Under the pieces are notes generated by a model, which did not search any database, had not been told where the DNA came from, and saw only the letters and a list, made by a program, of their open reading frames with translations. Of a DNA stretch of 64,000 bases, positions 1 to 11,400 are shown piece by piece. Positions within the stretch are counted from its first letter, which is position 1. Every line of letters begins with the position of its first letter. Made by a program: the position numbers and the translations under genes. This DNA comes from Parasitella parasitica NRRL 2501. Its lineage: Eukaryota > Fungi > Mucoromycota. The DNA is taken from positions 166,253-230,252 of the forward strand of contig MU619264.1 in NCBI GenBank assembly GCA_025201805.1. Reading direction: 5' to 3'.

Positions 1-430
1 GCATAACTTCTTGGTTATGATTGTTGTTGAGTGCATGCATCATGAAAGTAAATTGGCTGTTCAAGTGCTGATTTGTCCGCAAGACTCACGACTGATCTAG
101 CATTTGTTCTTCTTCATCATTAATAGCAATAAGGCATCTTTTGCGACCATTAAAAGCAAATGACATAGTTGACACATTATTAACAAGCTAAATAAGGGTT
201 GATATGTATTGTTTTTTAATAGAATAAATCGAAAATGTGAAGGTTTATACATGATCTCTAACTTCAGGGCTCTAATAATAACGAGATTTCGTGGCAAGTC
301 AGGATTTAATTTTACTGTCTCAAATGTAGGGAAATATTCAGTTATTACCTTCTGAATTAGGAAGGTTTTCGACTTTTTTGCATTTTTAATTGAAGGAAAT
401 AAAATCTTTTTATTTCTATAAATATTTTTT

Positions 431-1604
431 TTAGTTATGATACTGCATGTCTGATTTGCGCCTGATCTTGATTGGCAGCAATTTGAGACTGAAGAATCTC
501 TCCCTCAGTATCCCAAACGCATGCTCAATTTTAATCCTCATCATAGAAACATAAGTATTGAACTTCTCATCGTCGGGAGACATTGGCTCACCACGAGGCT
601 TCTAGCGAACAGGAACCAGAAATTTGAAAGCCTTGTACCCGCCATCGCCAAGCACATACTCTTCCCAAGAAAAGTGGTCTGAAGCATACTTGTAAAGGTT
701 GCTCTGGGTCAGAACCTTCATGTCGTGGGAGCTGCCAAACCAACCACAGGCAAAATGCCTAATCTTTCTGTTGTGATCACAGACAGCCTGCGTGTTCACA
801 CAATACCCACCCTTCCTGCAGTAGAGTTCATCTCGTCTGGCCCAAGATGGTGCACATGCCAGGTTAATGGTGGAGCCATCAATGAACCCTGCCAGGTTGG
901 GGAATCCCAGTCGTTGCTTGTTGTGTCCCACAATTTCCTTCTCGGTTGCCGTTGGCCAGTAAATGAATTGATCTTCAAATGTCATCATAACCTTGAAGAA
1001 ACGCAAGGTGTAGTTGCGGATACTGCCAACTAGTGGAGCACATTTAATCAGTTACAGCGTTTGTTACATATATTTATTATAGACAGTTTTACATACCACT
1101 AACACCACATCCTCTCGCCAATCGACTTTGGGAAGCACCATTACCGTTACTTCCTAGCCGTTCAAGGACAATCGACACTTGCAGCTTAATATCTTTCTGT
1201 GGTTTGATGCCGCCCTTGCCCTTGTAAAGATCATGATCTTTGGTCAGATTGATTAGCTTCATGAATGAGGACTTGCTCATTCGCAACTCCTCCTTGTAAT
1301 CATCTTCATCAAGTTCATCCAGAAACTGTAATCTTCTCTCGGCTGAGACAAGCTTTGGGCGCTGATGCTGCCTTTTGAACAAATATCTGCTCTTTCTAAC
1401 CTTGTTGAGCCTTTGTCTTGCTGGCACACCCTTTAGAAGCTGCAATTTCAAACAGGTCGCAATATTTTTAAAAAGGCTGCCACCTGTTAATATTAATGAC
1501 ATAGCTTCATTCAGCTTAATCAAGCGTTCCATCTTCGCCTCTTCTGCGATGGCCCGTCCTTCCAGTAAATACTGAACTTCTGATTTTAATGAGTATCTTG
1601 GTAT
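431..1604 (-). pseudogene. PIF/Harbinger-family DDE transposase (DDE_Tnp_4/HARBI1-like), inactivated
   Basis: Exons 1604-1097 and 1029-431 joined by a GT-AG intron (1096-1030). Motifs: ELRMSKSSFMKL, GFIDGSTI (D1), GWFGSSHD, YVLGDGGY (D2), RIKIEHAFGILRERF (E). In-frame TAG at 604-602 interrupts the catalytic domain, the likely start codon reads ATA (1604-1602, then PRYSLK), and the C-terminal CxLHN motif is missing. Confidence 0.9.
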
Positions 1605-2039
1605 AGTTATGAAGATGTGTAAAAGAGTATATTTCCTACCTGTTTCTGAATCATGTTTACATTAAAGCTGCCAAATATTCATTGACGCGTTGTTCTGGCT
1701 AATCAAACATTTTGTTTTTACTTGAGTTCAATTGAAAGAATTAACAAGAAGAAACGGTAATAATTTTTTTTTATACACTTTTGCTATCCACTCGAACTAC
1801 AATTTTTTCATGGTTTCTGAAAAAAAAATTCAAGTAAATGATAAAGGTCATGGTGATTGTGATAATATATACTAGGATTTCTGATAACAAACCTTTTATT
1901 TTTGATAAAAGCTGAGAAGTTTTTGAGAGATGAGAAATGTCTCCCTAAGGAATATTTCAAGTAGGATTTCTATTTTAGATTAAAAATGCCCAAGGATAGG
2001 GAACATTTTAACATGATATGCGAAATTGCGATGCCCTAA
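431..2039 (-). mobile_element. Truncated PIF/Harbinger DNA transposon with its putative 5' terminal inverted repeat
   Basis: Transposase plus GCGAAATTGCGATGCCC (2020-2036), read as GGGCATCGCAATTTCGC on the minus strand, immediately flanked by TAA (2037-2039). GGG-starting termini and TAA/TTA target duplications are typical of Harbinger. The partner TIR was not found in the window. Confidence 0.65.
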
Positions 2040-4758
2040 TTATTGATCAAACAGCCATTGTGCAGGAGCAATATAATAGAAATTTTTAAATGAATGATTG
2101 TTTGGATTTTTATAATCCTATTTTTAAATGCAATGAAAATTCCGTATCAACATTAACGACATGTACTTCAGATTCCTGAAATTGAACAATCACCTAACGG
2201 GCCACAATACAAAATTGTTTGAATTTCATAATTGATAAATTATTTCAGATATTTACGTTAGATCTTTGACATCTAAATAAACCCAAATATTTAGACAAGT
2301 CTATAGAACTGCATAGATATTTAAACTAAAAAATGGGTAAACCACAAAACCATCAAGGTATCAAAATATCAAACTGTATCTACTAATAAGGCATTGATTT
2401 GTACATATCTGTCGAATTATGCATTTACACAATAAAAAATCATAGCAGCTATTGACAATCTCTATTTTTGTAACTTCGCATTATCATTTCATGTTACATC
2501 TGTCAAGTCAGCATATCCAATATCAAGGAAAGAATATAAACTCGGGAATCGCTATAAAGGACGGGTTGGTGTACAAAAATGTGTTTGCTATAGCGAGTTA
2601 TCCTCTATTCAGAATTTGATACACTACAGTACTTTGCCTGGGACTTGGAACCTACCAGAAGCCTATTAAGAAGCTTAAATTTTGTTAGTAAAATTACCCT
2701 CAACCTCAATCCCAACTTCTATTTTACTTTTTATGTTACATGTTAAGCATTAGCATCACAAAAAAAAGGAACTCTTGAACTGAAATTAAGCATTATTATA
2801 AGCAACAATGGTAAGAGGACTTCTCTGTCGCTAGCAATTAGCAGCCTATGAATTATTCACAAATAACACGGGGTTATTACAGCAAAACATTGTATTCTTT
2901 AATTATTCTCTTCTGCTTCCAGCTCGATGAACCCCACCTGTTTGATTATATTACTATAAAGAAATATATACTTATGGCATTAAAAATACTTATTTTATAG
3001 AGTTGTGTTATGTACCAGAATTGATATTGACGTGATACCATCTCCAGATGGATGTTTTTTACAGCTTAAAAGTAAAAATTTTAGCTTCGTATGCCATTTT
3101 TTGATTGATTTTGATAATTAAAAGTGCTCTAAAAACGCCAGAAATAGTATCCATTAGGAAAGAACTATTTTATATGATTTAGGTGCAATTTGAGCATGAT
3201 TTTTTTTTCGATGCAAAATCACGAATTTTTTCAATTTTTTCCTTGTGTCTACACATTGAAAATCGTCGATTATGCATTATTCACGGTTTTGACCTCAGAA
3301 ATGCGACTTTTTACTACAGCATATATTAGAAGAAAATGATCGTAGAAGACCATTTCTTGATCTGAAAGACTAGAAATGTGCTCTGATTAAGCAAAATATC
3401 AACTTTTTCCTCTTAATCTGTTTTGAGGTTTTCTCAAAATAATTTCTTCCATAAGCATACGGGAATTATGAAATGATATCAGCGTATAGAGTGCCCAAAA
3501 ATACAGCTATTATCATAGACTGACAGCCGTGGTATGCATAGTATCAGAGGATGATATCTTGCCTTAAAGAAGTAATTTTGTTTTCTAATTGTACAAATGG
3601 AGTTTCTGAAAGAATTTTTCCTTCCTGATTTTGAAAGCATTTAATCTCCGCTTTCAAAGAAAAATGAAGAAAACAATAGCTTCGAGGTCATAGCTTACCC
3701 AATTCAAAAGAAAAACAATTGAAACCTAATTTATTTAAATTTTGTGCTTCTTGGCTTTCTAATGGTAGTACTCGCATGTCTGTGCCTAGCCTGACGATAT
3801 CACGCTCCGATTTTGAAATATACTTTGCTGAAAAGAGTTAAAAAAATCGCTACCTACATCTTATGTCAACTTAAAATGTACAAAAATTTGCTCTAAGCTA
3901 CGCAGATATGTTATCAAAAGGTGTCTTATAGTCTAATGCATTACTTCGCATTACATTTTTTTTGTGTTTGAGATCGCTAAACATTGTTTTCTTACAGTTT
4001 TTGTCTTTTTTCTGACAATAGCACACTAAAGTTCGCTTAGGCCAAACAAAAAAAAACAAGCGCCTAAAACCTACGATGGCTTTGCAAAGGCACACACTTT
4101 TGAACCATTCCAATATTATGGAAAAGATGGCACAGGTTTGACTAGCTGTTTTACTGTGCAACTGGATATGGAGAATCTAGCCTGGTACTTATCTGACAAG
4201 ACCTTCTACACTAGAAGACGCCAGATCAACCGAAGGTATAAGAAAATACCAGAGAAAAGGAAACAACCTGCCACAAGGATAACACACCCATTTATAAAAA
4301 ATTATCTGTATGAAAATTTATGAAATAACAAGGACATAAATTTGTTTATCTTGAACCTTGCTCTCCGTTACTGAATCCAATCAAAGGTTTTTCAACCAAA
4401 GTCAATAGACACGCTTACGCCCAGAATCACAGATATTTGTCAATAGACAACCGCAAACTTTTGAAAGACTACCTTGAACTTTAAGAAATTAAAGATATGA
4501 TGTAGATAGCTTATTACACAACTCATTCTCTTTGTATTTTTACTATGAATGAAACAAAGCAATTACTCTTTTTCTCTAAATGCGAAATCCACACTTAAAA
4601 TCTTTTTAGGGAGACACTTCTTTCAGAAACGTTAGCTTTTATTGGAAATAAAAGGTGTTATCAGAAACCCTAATGGGCATTATCACAATTACCATGGCCT
4701 TTATCATTTACTTAAACTTTTTTTTTTTTTTTTTTTTTTNNNNNNNNNNTCAGAAACT
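1812..4758. repeat. Diverged ~170-bp inverted repeat pair (about 1812-1980 and 4575-4758)
   Basis: The reverse complement of 1812-1980 aligns by eye with 4575-4758 through shared blocks TTAGGGAGACA, AGCTTTTAT, AAATAAAAGGT, TGTTATCAGAAA, ATTATCACAAT, CCTTTATCATTTACTT, poly-T and TCAGAAAC. Confidence 0.85.
4740..4749. other. Assembly gap (10 N) following a poly-T run
   Basis: Ns in the sequence. Confidence 1.
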
Positions 4759-5952
4759 GCAAAATGATAGTATGGTGAAAAAAACTTAACCTTCGCTTCA
4801 CTACGGCGAATTTTTTCGGCTCTTCGTTCTAATGGGGGTGAACTGCTCGTCTTACATTTGATAAAACCAATTTAGCTTTGTGTCTGGTTTATTTAGTTCT
4901 GTTATCCATCCATAAATTTTCTGCGTGCATTTAATATTGTATTTGGTGTATTTCATAAAAGATTACGCAGTGATTGCGGTATCTTTATTAAAAAACTCTC
5001 TATAATATTATATTATGTCTAGGCTTCATTCAGCTCCGAGTATTTCTTTTATCTCCAAACCGTAAGCTTTGAACTTGATTTCATCTCTCGTTTGTTGTGT
5101 TTCTTTTGATAAATGTAGCAGCTCATATATAAATGAGTTGTTATTATCTTTAATTTAATGATGATATACGTTTATGATGAAAATAAATCAAAACAAATGT
5201 ACCTATTATTTGGGAAGATCAGTAGTCATTTAGTCTAAAATATAAAGCTACAGTAAGATGATAAAATATGCAAAGCAAGCAGCATCGCATCACATTTATT
5301 CCGATCTTCAATATACTACTGTAAAAAACTAGATCTTCAGATGTCTAAATTTGTTCAACAGAAACGATTCAGTACCAAATCTTGAAAGGCTCACCATCTA
5401 AACCAAAATTTATACGACTTTGATAATTATAACCGTTGAAAGTATGACGGTAGGCAATCTATAAATATAGCCGAAAAAAAAAAGTAATGTAACCACTCAT
5501 ATCCATCTTTAAAAATTTCGATTAAATTTGACCTTGATTAGTTTGTAATATGGAGAAACTAGGGCATTTTGTAAGCATAAACTCAATTTGCAATCATTCA
5601 TCCTATATCGGTCAGCTGTCAAAATCAGACTACAACAATTGAATTTCAATTCTAGGCAGCAAAATCTATAGATTAATCAAGGTATCTATGAAACTAGCTA
5701 AACAAGAGGCTATTCTTATGGCACATCAGCGATCAGCCGAGTAAATGTATACAGATCTAAGTTGATACTTCACCATCTGTCAGATCGGAAATTGGAAACT
5801 GGCTAATGACGTCGCAAACTTCTATAACCCCAGGCTGTGAATAGGCTAATTGAAAAATAACATGAGTGAAAAAAGAGAAAAGCGCCGCCTTCAACATCTC
5901 TCTTTATTGTTCTCCCCTCTCTCTTTATTTTCTCTAATCTTTCTATATAAAA

Positions 5953-6585
5953 ATGCTTCGTACTGCTGCTGTTCGCACCCGTGTTAGTGCCACCCGTGTC
6001 ATCGGTCGTCGTAACGCTTCCAGCAATGTTACTGTTCAAAACATTGAGACCCGTTGGAAGACCCTTTCCACCGCTGAGCAGAACACCATTGCTAAGCAAC
6101 TTGAAGAAGCACAAAAGGGTGATTGGAAGGCCCTTTCTCTTGACGAAAAGAAGGCTGCCTGTAAGTAAATTCAACCATACGCTGCGCAATCATTTATTGA
6201 TGTTGTATTTAGATTATATTGCCTTTGGAGCTCATGGTCCTCGTGAGCCTTTGACCAAGCCTGGCCATGGTATGAAGGTTCTTGGTGGTGTTGCTGGTGT
6301 CCTTGCTGCATCTGGCGCTCTCTTCTATGCTATTCGTGTTAATGGTAAGTACAATTTCTTTTATTTTACTACCGGTGGATGATTGTGTTTTGCTTTGTTA
6401 CGGCAATTTTTTTTTTTTTTTTTTTTTTTAATACTTTTTTCACTGTAGGTCAAGAAACCCCTCACACTATTAGCAAGGAATGGGAGGAACAAACCAACGA
6501 GTATCTCAAGAGCCAAAACTCCAACCCTATTTCTGGTATTTCCTCAGAAGGATACAAGGGAACTGGCTATGTTGTCAGCAAATAA
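5953..6585 (+). CDS. COX5: Cytochrome c oxidase subunit 5 (COX4 family), mitochondrial precursor
   Basis: Exons 5953-6160, 6213-6344, 6449-6585. Arg-rich presequence, then QKGDWKALSLDEKKAAYYIAFGAHGPR, one TM helix, and TISKEWEEQTNEYLKSQNSNPISGISS. Confidence 0.95.
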
Positions 6586-7465
6586 ACAACATTTTAATAT
6601 TATTTACAACTACACTCAAAAGAAAATTATATATCACGTTTTAGAGTTTTTTGCTTGTAAAGCGTCATGTTTGTTATAAAAGAATCAAAAGCTATTTATA
6701 AATATATAAAAAAAAGGGCATTCTCATTACAGAAAATCGGATAATATCACTTTCGAGGTTATTAGTAAGGTCAAAAACCTGACTGTAGCCATGGGATGTC
6801 GACAATAGCGTCAATTGACATTCAAAGACATGTCTGTTGTTTATATTCATATTTAAAAATGGTTTGCATGTCGGATAACTCTGCTTAGATTGCCGTAATC
6901 CATGATTTTATATACCGTATCTTTCAAAATAAAAAGAGACACTATTACAGATCTAAGGTCCTGAGGAGTATTCAACTATTATATTCTATGTGGTATGGTT
7001 AATAATATAAGGAAAAAAAAGTGCCTCAAAAACCATCAATAAGTCTAATATAATGGTTGAGATGCCTTTTGGATGAACTAAAGCTCTGCATTTTCAATAA
7101 ATTAGGCTTTACAAGGCCTTGAACCATCAACCGAAACGACATTCTTTGATAGGAGATCCAGTACGTTATCAGATGATACACAATACTTGCATGGGATCAG
7201 CTTGTATTATAGCTTTAATTAAGGTTAGTTTATCAAAGAATAAGCTTATTCTTCAGGGATTATGGCGTGTCTTTCAGTCTTTACCCTCCAGCATCAGCCT
7301 GTTTATTAGTTGATAATATTTGAGAAGAAACAGATCAACTTTGAGTAAAGCTTTTCATAATCTGACTGTCAAATCGCAGTAAAATTTATCTCGGTAGGGT
7401 TGTAGTGAAAGCAAATTTTATATTTAAACCTTGTTGATACTTTATATAAAACCCTCACTAATACC

Positions 7466-8228
7466 ATGTCTCAACAACAGCAAGTGGACATTGGCGATTT
7501 AGATTTGTCCTCTCTTCAGCAAGTCAAAACTCAATTAGAAGAGGTTTATATCGGATCAATAAATGAGAGATGATCGAATTTGAATGTTAAAACGAACAAA
7601 TAGGAATTAAACCATTTGACTCAATCGTATAACAAACTTAAGGGCGTTCAAGGACGATTCAAAGACTGTGTTGACAGTGTTGATTCACTGAAAGCGGAGG
7701 AGGCTGACGGTAAGTTTGTCCACGCAACGTACGGCGTGAAGAAGCAGATTTCTGACGCGTTCACTAATAGATAAGACTATTCTTGTACCCCTCACATCAT
7801 CTATATCCTTTTTTTATTTCATTAATTAACAGCCACTAATAATATGACAGCGTGTATTATATAACATGTCCTTAACCTATATCACACCTCTATGTCCCAG
7901 GTAAATTAAGCAATGTTAGCAAGGTCATTGTAGATGTCGGTACTGGCTATTACGTTGAAAAGGTAATCCGCCTTGATGAACATGCAAATACTAATCACTA
8001 AAATACATGGAATCACAGTCTGTTTTGGACGCTGCAAAGTTTTATAATGACAAGGTTGGCTATGTTAAGAAAAACCTCAGCACGCTTGAGAAAACCATTA
8101 CAGACAAACAAAGCACGTTGAGAGGTAACTTCTGAGGAGCTTTAGACGCTAAGAACGCTTATACTAAATGATTGCATGCAGCCATTGTCAATGTTATGCA
8201 GGATAAAATACAAAAGGAACAAAAGTAG
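7466..8228 (+). CDS. GIM5: Prefoldin subunit 5 (alpha type); not in the ORF track
   Basis: Exons 7466-7543, 7604-7709, 7771-7802, 7888-7962, 8019-8124, 8182-8228 splice in frame to [35 protein letters not shown]...[15 protein letters not shown]...[14 protein letters not shown]...QKEQK*. Confidence 0.95.
7803..7887 (+). other. U12-type (minor spliceosome) AT-AC intron, 85 nt
   Basis: 5' splice site ATATCCTTTT (7803), branch point TCCTTAAC (7869-7876), 3' end CAC (AC at 7886-7887). Removing it restores the conserved LVPLTSS|LYVPG. Confidence 0.93.
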
Positions 8229-8432
8229 ATGCTCTTTTTTTTTTTCAGGAACCATCATTCTTTATGAATTTGCTTGAAAGTGCACATCCAAAAAATAAAA
8301 GCGGGAGTTCATTTTTTGCTAATTTGATTTCGTGTGTGGAGCCTTCCTAATGAGTGTTTATAAATTGATGGCACCCCTCTCCTTAATTTCTCGCTTCTTT
8401 TTCTCTCTACACATAATTCACTGTGGGGGAAA

Positions 8433-11400
8433 ATGGACCTCTTCAATCGAAGCAAATCAAAAGGGAAAAAACGACCAATTATCGATGCACCTCTAATACA
8501 AACAACGACGACAACCAATACCTTACAAACATCCCAAGCAGCCGCACCCCAATCTCCAAAAAGTCCTCATCAGCAGGACGACTATTTTGCAGCAGGTACC
8601 GTTTCTCATCGATTTAAATTTAAGGCATATTGGTTTATAAACCTAGTTGAAGGATAGGTCGTCTAGTGGATAATGCTTCGACCATCAGGAGCTCTCAGTC
8701 GTCCTCCATACCAAGCACGGACAGCGATTATTATACCAGTGTGGACGCCATGTCTGAAACTGAGATAGAGGACTTTTTTGAGAGAATGCTGGTGAGTATC
8801 AGTGGGCATCAAAAAGGAATTAAACTGACATGTACGTGTAGACGAGAAGAGGGATCTATGATAACAACGCTCGATTGAAAATGTCTTCGTTTCCAATGGA
8901 AAAAAAGAGATTTATGGTTTCTCAAGACATACAATCGGAGACCAATATACCAGCAGTGCCTTCATTGAGACGAGGACTAGACAAAAAAGCAGATTATCAA
9001 GGGGAAAGCAAAGGCCCGGAATACTATGTCGGAAAGCTAACAGATATGTCAAAAGGCGTCAATGCCAAAGCTGTGTCGCATCTGGCGGTTGGATTAAGAA
9101 CGATGCCATTGAGGTCAGTAGTCGTGTCTGATGATAATAATGATCTCTCCTTAATTTGCGCACGTAATATAGCTGGGTTCGCCAATTCATTGATATGCAG
9201 GGTTTACAAGTCATCACCGACTTGTTGAAAGCATTCAACAAGAGCAAATACAAGTAAAATTCCAGCAATGGGCCATGTTTGATTGACACTAATACACATA
9301 ATAGGCAAGATTTGAGCCTGTCAGTCGAGGCAGACATTCTAAAGTGCTTCAAAGCGCTGCTCAACAATAGGGTAAAGTACCACCTCATATATTACATGCT
9401 GAAGGTTTCTAATTTTGGTAATTTTGCAATTTCAGGTGGGAGCACGAGAGGCCCTGCAACATCCTCAATGCGTACAAGAGATCGTTCATTGTATTGTCTC
9501 GCCATCCATCAACTCACGGCGGTTGGTGTGCGAGGTGCTTGTATTTATGTGCTATTACGAAGTACCTATCGGCCAAGACTTGGTGCTGAAAGCCATGGAT
9601 CAATTAAAAGAGAAGCGAAAGGGATTAGGCAGATTTGATGCCTGGTTGTCAGCACTCGAAACGACATTGAGCGGCCGTGGAAGGATGGGAAGCATGGTTG
9701 GTGCAAGTGAAGATTTCAAAAGAATGGCAGCCTCTGGCCCGCCTGATGGCCAGTTGACCGAATACGCAGTAAGTTTACATTATTTGACGTGGCACAAACA
9801 ATTAAGCAGAGTTTCTCTAGTTGTACAACATGATATTGGTCAATGCAATCATCAACGTTGTCGACGATCCTGAAATCAGAATCCACCTTCGAAATCAAAT
9901 GACGGCATCAGGGCTAGAGAGGATCATGGAAAGGATGAATGAAGCGTGCGACGAACATGTGGACCGCCAGATAAGAGAATTCAAGACGTTGGCAGAGAAC
10001 GACCAGGACGACGTGATGGAAATGTACCATGAGCATGCTCTCAGTAACCAAAATAATCCTAGAGATGTGTTTGAGTGCATTTTGACGAGCGTAGAAGGAA
10101 CGAGGGGTTACGATTTTTTCTTGAGCTGTCTGCAGCATTTGCTGCTTGTCAACAATGAGGAATCTGGCGTTAAATCGAGATATTATCAAATTATCGATAA
10201 TCTGGTTGCACAAGTGGTTCTTGACAACAAAGGCTTAGGAGAGGATTTCTCTGCTGATTACTCAACGACCGTCCAACATTTGATTAATAAATTTGCAGAT
10301 CAGGATCAGCTGAAAGCGACGCTAGAGGACATCAAAGAATTACAGCGAAACTATGACGAATTGGAGCGCGAACGAGATGTACTTCGCGAGCAATTATCGC
10401 ATCAAGGAGGTAATGTCACAATCACTCCTGCGTTAATCAATACTTACATTTCATTTAGATGCATTGGAAATTGTGCAACTCAAGGAAAAGACGGTGTCGC
10501 TGGAGGATTTGCTGAGGATGTCTCGCCACACCATTTCCACGCTGCAAAGGAAATTGAGAGATCTACAAAGCGATTACGAAGCAAGTTTAGAAAGGGCAGA
10601 GCGACAGATGGAGGAATTTTCAAAAGTCGTTGGTGGCGAAGACGATACAGACGAAGGAGATGTGGTAGTGTCTCGGAAGAGTATTGCTACTGCCTTTGGA
10701 CGAATTCGCGCTCAAGAAACACTAGAAGGTCGCAATAAAAACACTGCGAAACTAGATACCTCCGAGTTTGCCGGTCTTTTCTTGGATAACAATGACAGCA
10801 AGCATAAATCAATAGCATTGGGATTCTCAGAAGAATTCAAAAGTCAATTGGCTCGCCAGTTTGGTTCAAGCAGTGGGCTTGGCGATTTCGTGCTCCCAGG
10901 TACAATGCCACTAATGGGATCTGCTGCAAGACGTTCCAACAACCGTCGTAGACATATACAAGCAGAATTTGCACCACTTGCTTCTCCGGAAGAAGCTTTG
11001 ATTGAGGAACCAACTTTACCTAGTCAACGCAAAGATCCAATAGAGGAAAATAAGAAGAGCCCGAGCCCCTCAAAAAGCACATCCGTTAGCAGCAAAAAAA
11101 GTATTGATGATAGGAAAAACAGCTATACGATTTCCAAAGAAGATAATGATAGTGGCCAAATTATTTCACCCGTAATTACATCTATCGATGAACAAGGAGG
11201 ATTACAAACATCTGACACAACGACTCAGATTGATCAATCAAGTATACCCAAATCGAGCATTAGTGACAATCCACCACCTCCTCCTTCACCACCAGTTACA
11301 GCAAATGTTCCGCCTCCACCTCCACCACCTCCACTTCCGCCATCAGCGATGAGCAATAATGTGCCTATACCTCCACCTCCACCTCCACCACTTCCTCCCT

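Noticed and set aside
1-166. Possible first exon of a minus-strand gene (MSFAFNGRKRCLIAINDEEEQMLDQS then GTGAGT) running off the window
   Set aside because: Too short, no recognisable family, and the downstream exon cannot be verified at the window edge.
5562-5580. GGGCATTTTG as a partner Harbinger TIR
   Set aside because: Only 6 bp match the TIR at 2020-2036, there is no TTA/TAA flank, and it does not enclose the transposase.
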